IMG/VR virus record: IMGVR_UViG_3300025570_000007
Origin: a virus
Length of the DNA: 64,000 nt
Direction: 5' to 3' (one strand)
Below are positions 37,301 through 46,534 of the stretch, piece by piece; within the stretch, counting starts at the first letter, position 1, and each line of letters opens with the position of its first letter. The notes below the pieces were generated by a model. That model was not told the DNA's origin. It saw only the letters and a list, made by a program, of their open reading frames with translations, and did not search any database. Position numbers and translations under genes: made by a program.

Positions 37301-38002
37301 TGTAATTACTTCAGGGATTATTTCTGTTGTTACTTGAAATGCTATTGCATCAGAAATATTTTCTACAAGTGTTACGCTATCTTTAAGGCTTGTATTATTA
37401 GGAAGAGGTTCGTATAGTTTTACATCTATTGCTACTTTTCCGTTAACAGTCTCTGTCTTAATGTTAATTGCTGAACTTGCTAAATCTACCCTGTTGTATA
37501 GGTAGAATTCAGTTATATACGCACTTGAAAGTATTTTACTTTGTACTTCTCCTGTAGTCTTTAATATAAAGTCGTCGGTAAGTTTTGTCGATAATAGCCT
37601 CACCTCTGTTCTATCAGGTGATATTGATTCAATGTAGAATAAGTTATCTTGGTTTAAATCAGAATATAAGTTATTGTAAAATTTGTAAAGTATCTTTATA
37701 TCTGTTCCTGCATACCCGTATGAGATAAGGTCTTTTTCAGGATCAATATCGATAGCTACTGCTCCATCTTTACCGGCAGAAGCACCATCTAAACTTATAG
37801 TGTAGTTTTTATAGTTACTATCTGAGTATAATTTTAGATCGTCTATTGATAGAAAAGTAATTTCTACAAAGTTTTCAGAAGGATTAAATAGAGCATTTAC
37901 AGAGAAAGATTCTACTAGGTTAGAATCCTCTGTTGTTAGAAACTGGCTACTTTCTAGTGTAGTTGCTTCTATTTTATTTATATTATATTTTAGTTTAGCC
38001 AT
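34310..38002 (-). CDS. Large baseplate wedge-like protein
   Basis: 1230 aa; IP.YL.ED, LLKSKGT.RGL..LI.CFG (P2 gpI/T4 gp7-like motif); beta-rich variable C-terminus. Confidence 0.65.
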   Translation of the reverse strand: MAKLKYNINKIEATTLESSQFLTTEDSNLVESFSVNALFNPSENFVEITFLSIDDLKLYSDSNYKNYTISLDGASAGKDGAVAIDIDPEKDLISYGYAGTDIKILYKFYNNLYSDLNQDNLFYIESISPDRTEVRLLSTKLTDDFILKTTGEVQSKILSSAYITEFYLYNRVDLASSAINIKTETVNGKVAIDVKLYEPLPNNTSLKDSVTLVENISDAIAFQVTTEIIPEVITPPTIKGPNFEIDVDEQTAESTGYFNYNELFSFPVNNSNRELTSAFAEKGATLSIDYTDYSEFINFSSAEERLRNFQYKVQLLESYQLNLDTVNTTSATAGISGSRDYYENLINGVLDNFDHYEKHLYYENGSTSWPKTNLVKPYVNASISNPVAELWFNTAVESATLYDDSNYDILTNTIPSYLREDLDNEPYLLLVHMVAQHFDNLWIYTKNVSEKYNADNRLNRGVSKDLVEDLLKNFGVKLYTSNKSVDDLFRYFTKNSYDTGNEVLSTINVSGEVSVSQNDYQKEIYKRLYHNLPLLLKSKGTERGLRALISCFGIPSDILKIKVYGGQSSNDLPFFGGDQAWTGSLDKVRTSNTGSIAVGDTLSYYTKIVQEGSGYTQDLHRIEVGFSPTDNIDSYIVSQSQVLFPTSSFNIDDYIGDPRETRTSGYFALNNYKDLVFENVSRYDVKDFVRLIKFFDNVIFRMVRDFIPARSVADTGIIIKPHLLERSKIVSPTMTYTLPVHTGSIDTAFTTGSNAGSFRSVGTGAVDGESSTNFRKGVQTPYGFVAAKQWVGDKGPGYFERSHNEAKFDGILSGSRIEVSTRDLNKNNPFKQINYPTVLYDVQFYRDVPANACSISVDIAPLYIDPLVSTSETNLFTLFGGISEIYDITVFFQGSTSVPVTAWNFTYDFTTQSTPGSWSQYDTYSVTATHSTLVGCNAVREVIVVACDLEIDSSAPFIVTSFNTYDISTWFNTSYNTNIEYLVNGIQIYDETTHTFTGYTVGESITVTVRDAIRNSCAQTRTVTFGECTLNWTSLTSMTYGSDGTGGYFLPPFAFTGTEASTSYEFRVRDNSLALPWSAWITPNSNPVYTEYLDLAAAYPDIGLITVGPYPVYVIQFRANSGGSCILESSEINLSIPTPVTLKVAVQNIGYNNDAFQPAQKACGFQYPVNIFAAYTEGSPYPTPSTVLANEYQIFAYNNTGLLAPAGYYSDGASWKYWNGTAWSGYEGTC

Positions 38003-38330
38003 TTGTTTCTAAATCGAATATTTGTTGATTTGCATCTAATAACTGTGCTCTCAGCTGTGCGATTTCATCTAATAGCGGTTGTAAATCTTCACTAGTGTTT
38101 TCTAAGTTAGTTAATTCACTACTTCTTTTTAGTATGTACTGGTGTGAATTTATATCTCCTTCTGCTGGTATGTTGTAAAAGAGTTTGTCATATAGTCTAA
38201 ATAGTTCCTCTACTGTATCGTTATCTTGTACAGGTGTTGGATCTACGAAGGTTGTAAAATCATTATTAACAACTGTGTCAAATTGATCTTTAATATAGAC
38301 AGTTTTCGATATTCTAACTTCATTACCCAT
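37995..38330 (-). CDS. Small baseplate-cluster protein with C-terminal coiled coil
   Basis: Coupled to both neighbours. Confidence 0.55.
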   Translation of the reverse strand: MGNEVRISKTVYIKDQFDTVVNNDFTTFVDPTPVQDNDTVEELFRLYDKLFYNIPAEGDINSHQYILKRSSELTNLENTSEDLQPLLDEIAQLRAQLLDANQQIFDLETNG

Positions 38331-39447
38331 TTCTTACCACTTTAAATATGTTCTCATTATCTACGACAATGTCACTACCGTCTAACTCTGTTTTAATTAA
38401 TATACGATAATATCTCTCAGGTTGCAACCCTCCCATATAAATATCGAAGTATGATCCGTTTGAATCACAACTAATTTTTGTAAAGTCTGTATCGAAGTCA
38501 ACTATCATCTCTTCTGTATTCTCATCTCTTATTCCCCAATACGATGCTTCGGGTAGAGCATAATTTGTTAAGTATATTGATGATGTAGTAAATGTTCTTG
38601 TAGGATATTTAGGTTTAGCTGTTAACTTGAACCTCTGTTTTCCTTCGTCTTGATACCTTCCTCTATTGTTTTTTATGCCAATTGTTGAGATGTCTGTAGA
38701 AAGTACAGATAAGCTTCCTGTTATGTACGAAGCATCGTCCCATTTAAATTCTAAGAAAGGAGGGTATATTGTATTAGTATCTCTACTAAAGTACTTTAAC
38801 CTTATTGAAGCGCTTGTATAGGCTTCATATCCATTCTCTAACTTTACAATAAATCCTTTGTTAGATAACGAACCTGAATACATTTGCTTAATTGCTGCAG
38901 TAACATTTATGTCAACATCGTGAGTAGAGTTAAGTTTATGATTCTGTACGAACTCCATTGATTCTCCGTTTGAAGATGTATACCATGTTGCTCCTCCGAC
39001 TTTTCCGTTTATCCAAGAAGATGTAACATCTGCAATAACAGATCCTGATACTTGCCAAGGATTTCCTTCTCCGAATTGAATATACTCCCAACTCACTCCT
39101 GTAATACTAGGTATAATATCGTCAAATTTACCTACTCCGTTATCCCATTCAACTGCTCCTGCAATGTATATAGGGTAAGCATACAGGTTATATTCTATAG
39201 GAAGCTCACTTGCTTCAGCTAAGTACATATGGTAACTCGAACTAAAGTTTGTACTACCTATGATGTTATTAATTACATCAGCTATATCTTCGTCAGCAAA
39301 CTTAGTAAGAATACGGTTTGTTTCTCCAAAATCACTACTCTTTGGGTAACCTCCAATCTCTATAATTTCATCGTTACCTGCATTACCTGTTGATTGTTCA
39401 GTAAAGATAAATGTATCTTTTTCCGGGAATATTCTATATACTGCCAT
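38323..39447 (-). CDS. Virion structural protein (beta-sandwich, DNRLRE-like N-terminal part)
   Basis: KDTFI...N.G.DEI.EI...RIL.KF, N.GFIVK, FSRDT.TIYPP.LE. Confidence 0.55.
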   Translation of the reverse strand: MAVYRIFPEKDTFIFTEQSTGNAGNDEIIEIGGYPKSSDFGETNRILTKFADEDIADVINNIIGSTNFSSSYHMYLAEASELPIEYNLYAYPIYIAGAVEWDNGVGKFDDIIPSITGVSWEYIQFGEGNPWQVSGSVIADVTSSWINGKVGGATWYTSSNGESMEFVQNHKLNSTHDVDINVTAAIKQMYSGSLSNKGFIVKLENGYEAYTSASIRLKYFSRDTNTIYPPFLEFKWDDASYITGSLSVLSTDISTIGIKNNRGRYQDEGKQRFKLTAKPKYPTRTFTTSSIYLTNYALPEASYWGIRDENTEEMIVDFDTDFTKISCDSNGSYFDIYMGGLQPERYYRILIKTELDGSDIVVDNENIFKVVRNG

Positions 39448-39455
39448 TTGTTTTT

Positions 39456-39728
39456 TTATCTACTTAAGTATTTTGAAATTTCAGTTGCCATCTTAGTACA
39501 ATTATCACGACTCATTCTATAAGTCCCTCTACTAAAAGTATCAGATAGTTGTTCTATTAATTCCTCTAACTCCATACCCTTAAACGAAGTATTAGCGAAT
39601 TCGTATACGCCTCTTCCACCTAGGTATACATCGTACATTTGACACTTACCATCAGGACATCTTGCATCTTCTTTAGGTTTAATTTCAAATGGAGAGTTAC
39701 TTTCTTTTATAATGTTAACTAGTTTCAT
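39456..39728 (-). CDS. Hypothetical protein with MKL...IKE N-terminus, inserted in the baseplate operon
   Basis: MKLVNIIKE|S. Confidence 0.55.
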   Translation of the reverse strand: MKLVNIIKESNSPFEIKPKEDARCPDGKCQMYDVYLGGRGVYEFANTSFKGMELEELIEQLSDTFSRGTYRMSRDNCTKMATEISKYLSR

Positions 39729-39754
39729 ATTTACTTTAGTATTATTTTAATTTA

Positions 39755-41578
39755 TTATAGAGTTGTAGTACGACCTTTTATATCTATATCTGGGTGTTTA
39801 ACTTCGAATATCATTATATCATAGGAAGGGTAAACTATATTATTTCTAGTTGCTCCTTCAATATCGTATGCGTATGTTGAGTAATTACCTCCTTGTTTAT
39901 TTACGATTTCTACTTTCTGTACTGTCTGTACTCCTGTAACTCTGTCAAGCAAACTATATATTGCAGATAAATTAACTGGTTGGTTAATGCTCCATTTGTT
40001 TATTGCAAAATAATCTTTTAACGTATTTGTACAAGCTAATAAAACATCTCTACTGTTGTAGTTAGGTCTTACTAGTATATCAAAATTTACTCCAATATTT
40101 ACAACAAAAGCATCTTTTATGTTTATTGAATCTGTTAAGAGCATATATTGTGATAGGTATGTCTTTAGGTTCTGTTTAAGGTTTCTTGTGGCTACAAGTA
40201 AGTTGCTATTATTATCATAAGCTAATACATATAGTGAAAGTGCAAGCGGGTTACTATCCACTATGTTATCCGTAGTTGAACTGTCGCTATTCAATTCATC
40301 TTGAGTAATGAATACCTTACCTACTGTCCCGTATTTTGGCGGGAGAGACATAGCTCTAACTGTATAATCTTGTAGTGTAACTGCTCTTCCTTGCTCTGAA
40401 AATGCTCTCATTGCATTCTGCCTCAGCTCTTCTACTGTATCTCCATCTTTTCCTCCTATAGCTGCTTTAGGGTTATTGAAAGCTAATGTACTTTGGTAAG
40501 TAGTATCTACGGCTGTTGAAGTTGCTGTATACTGTGTTAATGTGTTTGCAGGTACGTTTGAAGATATTCCACCTCCTTTTAAGTACCTGATTGTTAAAGT
40601 GGTATTAGAAGGAGCTAATCCGTATGTCTGTGTATATAGGAAGTTTGAAGGATCGTAAGCAATACTTAAAGTACTTATACCTTGATTTGTTCCCATTCCA
40701 ACATTTGTAGGATCAGGTGTAAATGTTGAATCGTCTGTTCCCGTTACTCCTGCTCCAAATTGAACTTCTAATTGCCCTTCCGAATTGAATCTTGTAACAA
40801 ATCTTCTTGGAACTTTCTGTAAATTCATAAGATGAGGTACACTATTTGCATCGTATTCTGAATTAGATTCGTTTACATATATTGTCTCTTGTCCTAGAAA
40901 AGGAACTTCGTACCATATGTTATCGTTTTCATCTACTATATCTAAAATCCCAATAATATCGGTATCGTCAATAACTACCGTTGTATACTTTTCTGCATTA
41001 GTGAATATCGATGTAGTTGTTTTAACTTCTCCTGAGAATGCTTTTGTATATTTCTTAAGTAGGAATTCTACTGGTAATCCTGTACCTGAATCTATTGAAT
41101 AGATTGTTATGTCTGTAGGATCGTATGAACTAGAGTAATTAAAGTCTACTTTCTTATCTATTAGGAAAGGTATATTTCCTGCTGAATCTGAATTTATTAC
41201 TGTATTCTCCGATACTGTCAAGGCTTGGTCAAAGTTTGGTTCACTATCTGATGCATTAGCACTCACTCGTTGAGTTACTTCTACATCTACTTCTGATACT
41301 GTCGTAACTCTTGGACGGTATCCCATCATATAAGCTAAGTTATATAAATTTCCTGGCTCTTTTGCGTACTGTACAAATGTCTCTTGTAACTGTATATCTT
41401 GGTAAAAGGATAATATGTCCCCTACATATGCTGCCATTTCTATGAACATAGTCCCAGGAGCGGTAGGAGAGAAGTCGTTATAAGTATCGGGGAAATAGTT
41501 CTTAGCGTACTCTGTCAGTTGATTTTTAAAATCACCGAACTCCCTGTTTACGTATTTTATATTTCTATCTTGAGCCAT
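39755..41578 (-). CDS. Baseplate wedge subunit, T4 gp6-like
   Basis: YNDFS...PG.MFIE.AAYVGD.LSFY, LAY..GY.P, GG.D.DT.EE.R.NA...F..Q.RAVT..DY. Confidence 0.9.
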   Translation of the reverse strand: MAQDRNIKYVNREFGDFKNQLTEYAKNYFPDTYNDFSPTAPGTMFIEMAAYVGDILSFYQDIQLQETFVQYAKEPGNLYNLAYMMGYRPRVTTVSEVDVEVTQRVSANASDSEPNFDQALTVSENTVINSDSAGNIPFLIDKKVDFNYSSSYDPTDITIYSIDSGTGLPVEFLLKKYTKAFSGEVKTTTSIFTNAEKYTTVVIDDTDIIGILDIVDENDNIWYEVPFLGQETIYVNESNSEYDANSVPHLMNLQKVPRRFVTRFNSEGQLEVQFGAGVTGTDDSTFTPDPTNVGMGTNQGISTLSIAYDPSNFLYTQTYGLAPSNTTLTIRYLKGGGISSNVPANTLTQYTATSTAVDTTYQSTLAFNNPKAAIGGKDGDTVEELRQNAMRAFSEQGRAVTLQDYTVRAMSLPPKYGTVGKVFITQDELNSDSSTTDNIVDSNPLALSLYVLAYDNNSNLLVATRNLKQNLKTYLSQYMLLTDSINIKDAFVVNIGVNFDILVRPNYNSRDVLLACTNTLKDYFAINKWSINQPVNLSAIYSLLDRVTGVQTVQKVEIVNKQGGNYSTYAYDIEGATRNNIVYPSYDIMIFEVKHPDIDIKGRTTTL

Positions 41579-41988
41579 TATTGTTCAAAGTTTATTACTA
41601 ATTCATCCTCTATGTTTGTGTCTGAGATAGAGTATCTCATTAATAAAACTACTGTATTATTATCAGGTGTTGCTTGAACTTCTAATACACTTGGTACAAC
41701 TCTAGGAAAATATAAATCCAATCCTTGTTTTACTACATTTTTAATATCGTCAATCTTATCTTCTGTAATATTCTCAAAGAGAAGATTCCTTAACGGGGTT
41801 CCAAAAGTTGGATTTAAGTATCTTTCACCTAATCCTGTTAAAAAGTAATTAACCAAGTTGTACTTAACTGCATCTTTAGATTCATAGGTAGAATTAAATA
41901 CCGCAGCTCCTGAAAAGGGGAGCGATACTCCTATTGCTTTTCTAGGCTGTAGATCTAGAGGATTAATTTTCTTAACTTCGTAGGCCAT
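41578..41988 (-). CDS. Baseplate wedge/sheath initiator, gp25/GpW-like
   Basis: NL.N..LT..GER...P.FG..L...LFE, YFPRV. Confidence 0.9.
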   Translation of the reverse strand: MAYEVKKINPLDLQPRKAIGVSLPFSGAAVFNSTYESKDAVKYNLVNYFLTGLGERYLNPTFGTPLRNLLFENITEDKIDDIKNVVKQGLDLYFPRVVPSVLEVQATPDNNTVVLLMRYSISDTNIEDELVINFEQ

Positions 41989-41991
41989 GTC

Positions 41992-42462
41992 TTATATTTT
42001 ACCTTTTTCTTTATCTTTTTCTAAAATAGCACTGTTAATTGATTTAGCTTTTTTCATAAAATCAAATTGATTTAAGTCTAATCCTGGCTGTGGACCTTGT
42101 GCTGTCATTACTTGTGGGGATAATCCCATTTCGTTTACCATTTGAGAGGCCATATTAGGTCTCTGGTAAGTTTGTGCTATTGAGCTATCTCCTGAAGCTA
42201 CTTGCTTAAAATCCCCTTGGCTCATTGAAGCTTTAGTTTCTGCTAATAGCTGTGTTAGTGTATCACCCTGTACTGTATTACCTGTTCCCGGTACTGTCGG
42301 TGTTTTGGCGTAATAGCTTACGTCCTTACCTGGCGATACTCTTTCATTTACTACTGGAGTGCTTGCTACATTAATTGCTTCTGTAAGCATATCTTGTAAC
42401 TCCTCCTTAATAGCTGCTTTTACTTCTTCTCGAATGACTTTTCTTAATACGTCTAGTTTCAT
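41992..42462 (-). CDS. Hypothetical protein
   Basis: MKLDVLRKVIREEV...IKEEL..MLTE; late-type motif upstream. Confidence 0.6.
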   Translation of the reverse strand: MKLDVLRKVIREEVKAAIKEELQDMLTEAINVASTPVVNERVSPGKDVSYYAKTPTVPGTGNTVQGDTLTQLLAETKASMSQGDFKQVASGDSSIAQTYQRPNMASQMVNEMGLSPQVMTAQGPQPGLDLNQFDFMKKAKSINSAILEKDKEKGKI

Positions 42463-42482
42463 CTTAATTATAAATAGTTGTG

Positions 42483-43283
42483 TTATGGAAGTTGGTTGTC
42501 TATTCTGAATTTTAATTCATCTAATAGAATTTTGGTGCTTGAACTAAATGAGGACTGTCCTTGTAATACTATAATCCCTATGTTATCTTTAGCTACTGCT
42601 ATTCTTCTAGGTACTGTAGATTTTATAGACTTATCCTCTATTATCTCTAAAGTATAGTCTCTTCCACTTTTAGACCTATACTTATAACTCTCATCTGGTG
42701 TTCCTTCGGAACCTGTATTTTCTCTTGGCTGTGCTTGATTTAATAAAGCTAACAGCTCATCCGGGTTATCTAACTCTTCGATGCACCCTATTAGTTTAAC
42801 ATCAACTGACTGTAAAACTGTTCTTATGTTTAACAGGCTGGGCTCTATTCCCGATACTAGTCCGTTCACAGATTTTACGTCATCCTCCAAGGCTTCCAGT
42901 AGTTTTTCAACTTTCCTTAACCTTCCTGCTAGTGTTGTCGTCTTACCTAAACTAACTCCCCTACCCCCGGGATGAAAGATTATTGCGGTTGGGATTGGAT
43001 TTTTAAGTAGTAATTTTCTTAATATTTTAGCTGCCCTTATCGGTACTAGTAGCTGGTTTGTCAGTTTTTTAAACCTACCTGTTGTTTTTTCAAACTGGTT
43101 GATAGCATCAAGTAGATTGTTTCTAAGATCAATTATACCCTTCAACTCTTTTTGAACAGGGCATGAATTTGCGAACTTATTTAACATACTCAGAGCCTCG
43201 GACTGTATACGAGCTTCTAATTCTCCCTGTATCCTACCTACTTGGGTTGCTACTATTTTCGACAAACTAGACTGTATTGACAT
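42483..43283 (-). CDS. Hypothetical baseplate-cluster protein
   Basis: Long ORF coupled to the gp5-like gene. Confidence 0.55.
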   Translation of the reverse strand: MSIQSSLSKIVATQVGRIQGELEARIQSEALSMLNKFANSCPVQKELKGIIDLRNNLLDAINQFEKTTGRFKKLTNQLLVPIRAAKILRKLLLKNPIPTAIIFHPGGRGVSLGKTTTLAGRLRKVEKLLEALEDDVKSVNGLVSGIEPSLLNIRTVLQSVDVKLIGCIEELDNPDELLALLNQAQPRENTGSEGTPDESYKYRSKSGRDYTLEIIEDKSIKSTVPRRIAVAKDNIGIIVLQGQSSFSSSTKILLDELKFRIDNQLP

Positions 43284-44458
43284 TATGATGTAAACACTTT
43301 TTTAGATTTTAACTTCGATGCACCGTTTATATTTATCTGATTTCTCAGTACCTTAATTACAGGTTGCATCTGTATTCCTCTCTTATTTATCTTCGGTATA
43401 GGTTTTCCGTCTGCTGTAATTGCTGTAGCCATGTCTTTTGCCATTCCCTCTAACATGTTCAATAGCTGTTGTAAAAATATTTCAGTTTGATTACCCAGTA
43501 GTACTGCTTCAATACTTGTTTTAGGTGCCGTTAAAGCTTCTTTTCCTAAGTATATTGCAGGAGCATCTAGAGCAAGATATTCTTTTGCATCTAAGTTAAT
43601 ACTACCTTCTGTGTTCAGTCCTATTGACTCTGTACTTAGTAGTAGTATATCGTCTGCTTTAGCATTAAATACTAACCTCCCTCCACTTATAATAACTTGA
43701 TTACCTTTGTACTGATCTGCTTTTACAGGTTCTCTTTTATAAGCATCTCTCTTTTCACTTGCTTGAACTAGAGGTATCTGATGGTTAGAAACCATGTAGA
43801 TAGAGCTAGCATCTTCGTTTATATCTTCTGTAATTGTTGTAAACCCGTCTTCGGTAGTAACTTGCCCATTACTAAATATCATCATAGGTGCTCCTAAATT
43901 ACTATCATCAATCCAGGGATTAGCTTTTCCTTTTGCTCCTGTAAACCTTACTGATTGCCCTTGTCTCCCTTCTATTTGAATATCTCCCATCGCTGACTGT
44001 ATAGGATTTATAGTAGACTCCTGTATGAACTCCCCTCCTTTACTTATGTCTAACGTTGGATTAGAGTACACATCTAAGTACGTATTTGAATTTGGATGAT
44101 TCCAAATATTCACTACAGCTGTATAATAGTTTACTAATTTACCCGATAGGCTTGACGTTCTACTTGTTGGCCTTGATTCCAACTTTACCAACTCTCCTAT
44201 TACAGGAACCACTTTTATTGTACCGTTCCCCTGGTATGCAAACCTTAACTGGTCTGCAGTATCTTCTGAGGAATCAGTGCTTTCGTACCTAAAGAATACT
44301 CCGTTGATAGATTTTGCTCCTCCTTTATTGCGGTACTGAGGGTGGCTTGCATCTAGTATAATATCCAACACCCTGCCAAACTTAGATGCAGGGGATGAGG
44401 ATTTTCCTGTTGGAATTCCTGGTGAGAAGCTTTCTTTATTGAAGTTGTTAGTGTACAT
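43283..44458 (-). CDS. Baseplate hub/spike protein, gp5-like
   Basis: OB-fold P.IGE.V, GDI.IEGR.GQS.RF, beta-helix-like stretch, I.LG...E.VLLG. Confidence 0.65.
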   Translation of the reverse strand: MYTNNFNKESFSPGIPTGKSSSPASKFGRVLDIILDASHPQYRNKGGAKSINGVFFRYESTDSSEDTADQLRFAYQGNGTIKVVPVIGELVKLESRPTSRTSSLSGKLVNYYTAVVNIWNHPNSNTYLDVYSNPTLDISKGGEFIQESTINPIQSAMGDIQIEGRQGQSVRFTGAKGKANPWIDDSNLGAPMMIFSNGQVTTEDGFTTITEDINEDASSIYMVSNHQIPLVQASEKRDAYKREPVKADQYKGNQVIISGGRLVFNAKADDILLLSTESIGLNTEGSINLDAKEYLALDAPAIYLGKEALTAPKTSIEAVLLGNQTEIFLQQLLNMLEGMAKDMATAITADGKPIPKINKRGIQMQPVIKVLRNQININGASKLKSKKVFTS

Positions 44459-44826
44459 TAACTCTCTTTACTTGGATCTTCTTTTGACTTATCTAACTTC
44501 TCTTGTTCCTGTTCTTGCTCTAATAAAAGGTCTTGGAGGTCTGAGAAGTCAAATTCATCCGATGTAGTTCCTTTAGCTGATGCTGATTCTAGTCTTTGGA
44601 TTATTGTTGCTAGTTTTATTAACTGCTCATCATTCTTTACCCCTATCTCCATATACTCTTTAATCATCGGTACAAGTAGGGTTGCATCCCCTATACTTTC
44701 CACAAGGGGTTTAAGTTCACCTATAAGGCTCTTCACTTGCCCTTTCGTCTCTTTAGAGTTGTTGTAAATCTCTTCAAAAAGGTCTGAGAGTTTCTTGTCT
44801 CCGAATATCTTTTTATCTGTATCCAT
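44458..44826 (-). CDS. Hypothetical helical protein (weak terminase small subunit candidate)
   Basis: Helical hairpin with acidic tail, late-type motif upstream; function not established. Confidence 0.45.
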   Translation of the reverse strand: MDTDKKIFGDKKLSDLFEEIYNNSKETKGQVKSLIGELKPLVESIGDATLLVPMIKEYMEIGVKNDEQLIKLATIIQRLESASAKGTTSDEFDFSDLQDLLLEQEQEQEKLDKSKEDPSKES

Positions 44827-44851
44827 CCTGTTCTTCTTTACTATAAATAGA

Positions 44852-45559
44852 TTATAGTTCTTTTAATGTAATTTTACCTTGATCGTGGTAGGTATAGTAC
44901 ATTTTGTAGAAGTCTTTTTTCAAAGCAGATATAACCTTAGTTAGGTGGGGAGTCTCACAATCGGTCATTTCCCGTATATAGATGTAAAGTGCTTTCTTTT
45001 TAAAAATATCTAAATCATACCTTGTCTTAAACAGAGTTAAGACAGCATCTGCAATCTTCTTCTCACTATCTTTTATAAACATTTCGTCTAAATTCTCATA
45101 GGTTACCTCAACCCATAAGTCTATAAACTGCCCTAATGTAATACTGCCTGGAAGTACTACTTCTTTTCCGTATTCATAAGATTCTTCTATATCGTCAAAA
45201 GACCCTATCTGTTTTAACTTCTTATAGTTTTTATTGTTATAGTTTATTAGCCAACGCTTCACAATAGTTCCGAAATATGAGTATGCTTTTGCGCCTACTG
45301 TAGGGTCAAACTTCATAATCTTTTCTTCAAGTAACATAGAAACTACCTCATGTTTAAGGTCTTCTATCTGTTCAACGTCTGTATAGTAGAACTTAAAGGT
45401 ATGTATTATATTTTCTGCTAATTTATAGAAGGGAGTATATATATGCTCTGTAAATATCTTTGCCCTGATATCGGGATCTCCTAATGAATTGTTGTAGAGT
45501 ACAATGTTCTCTTCTGTTTCTTTTGTAAAGTAGTTATTCGATGATTTCTTCCTTGCCAT
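44852..45559 (-). CDS. Phage late sigma factor, T4 gp55-like (probable start MARKK at 45559)
   Basis: N-terminal NYF, KLAENII, sigma region-2-like KFDP..GAKAYSYFGTI..R.LI. Confidence 0.7.
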   Translation of the reverse strand: MARKKSSNNYFTKETEENIVLYNNSLGDPDIRAKIFTEHIYTPFYKLAENIIHTFKFYYTDVEQIEDLKHEVVSMLLEEKIMKFDPTVGAKAYSYFGTIVKRWLINYNNKNYKKLKQIGSFDDIEESYEYGKEVVLPGSITLGQFIDLWVEVTYENLDEMFIKDSEKKIADAVLTLFKTRYDLDIFKKKALYIYIREMTDCETPHLTKVISALKKDFYKMYYTYHDQGKITLKEL

Positions 45560-45839
45560 AGTTTTCGGGTAGCATGTAGCGGTCAAGCTCTTGCTGTACG
45601 GTTTTTAGTTGTTCAAAAAAATAACCGACCTCATCATCTGACTTGAATGCTCCTTTTTCGTCAATTTCATTTAGGTGCTTTTGTGAATCTCTTATTACTT
45701 CTGATATATTCTGCAGATACGTTGCTTGATTCATTGCAATATCTTCATACTTTTCGACCTTTATCATCAGGTTCCTAATCGCTATTCCTGCAATTACTAT
45801 AAGCACTATAAGTAGTGCTATGCTTATTACTGATATCAT
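45534..45839 (-). CDS. Membrane-anchored coiled-coil protein
   Basis: N-terminal TM helix, then GAFKSDDEVG.FF. Confidence 0.65.
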   Translation of the reverse strand: MISVISIALLIVLIVIAGIAIRNLMIKVEKYEDIAMNQATYLQNISEVIRDSQKHLNEIDEKGAFKSDDEVGYFFEQLKTVQQELDRYMLPENYGKEEIIE

Positions 45840-45846
45840 TTTTAAT

Positions 45847-46533
45847 TTATTTTTTGTTGTTATACCTAGGCTTAATTAAACCTTTCACTGATTCTACTAA
45901 CCTGTCTTCGTACATATCGCATTCTATTTTAGAAGCTAAGTAATCTGATGATTGTAGAATATATACTAGGTTAGTTTTAAATTTAGATTTTGGATTAAAG
46001 TTTATGAAGTAAGCTTTATTAGCTTCATCAAAAACTCCGTCATGACATCTTATAGCTAAGTACTCTTTCTGATTTAAAGGGATTCCAAACTTCTGAAGTA
46101 TATAGAGTGACCTATCCTGTATCAGCATAAAGTCTAAATCTTGATTATTAGTGTAGAGTTCCCCCATCTTTTCTTTCCTCCAATCATCTGAGGAGGCTAT
46201 ATAATTCTCCCTTTCTCCGTCCCCTATTTTACCTAGGTCGTGAAATAATGCTGAGAATACTAATTCTTCATCAGTAAAATCTACCTTACCTCCCATGCTT
46301 AAGTAAAACTCTTTCATCTTTAGAGACATCTGCACTACCCTATTCACATGTTCTACGTACCCTCCTGGAAAAGCACTGTGGTAATGTACCTTGATAGAGG
46401 CAGGAGCTATAGCGTAATAGTCTTCCATAGATTTAACCATATCTAGTACTTGATCCTTACGGTCTGTTATAAAATGGTTTATTAATTTTAAATGAACATC
46501 CCAATTACTTTGTATCTTCTCTGCTGAAATCAT
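45847..46533 (-). CDS. HD-domain phosphohydrolase (YhaM-like HD)
   Basis: APAS...HSAFPGG..EH, FHDLGKIG, AIR.HDG, D..AS. Confidence 0.85.
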   Translation of the reverse strand: MISAEKIQSNWDVHLKLINHFITDRKDQVLDMVKSMEDYYAIAPASIKVHYHSAFPGGYVEHVNRVVQMSLKMKEFYLSMGGKVDFTDEELVFSALFHDLGKIGDGERENYIASSDDWRKEKMGELYTNNQDLDFMLIQDRSLYILQKFGIPLNQKEYLAIRCHDGVFDEANKAYFINFNPKSKFKTNLVYILQSSDYLASKIECDMYEDRLVESVKGLIKPRYNNKK

Positions 46534-46534
46534 A

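Noticed and set aside
2085-44292. Many plus-strand and nested ORFs in the track (e.g. 2838-3107, 6240-6572, 12204-12575, 20342-20740, 29130-29588)
   Set aside because: Antisense or alternate-frame shadows of well-supported minus-strand genes, with low-complexity Ser/Leu/Phe-rich translations
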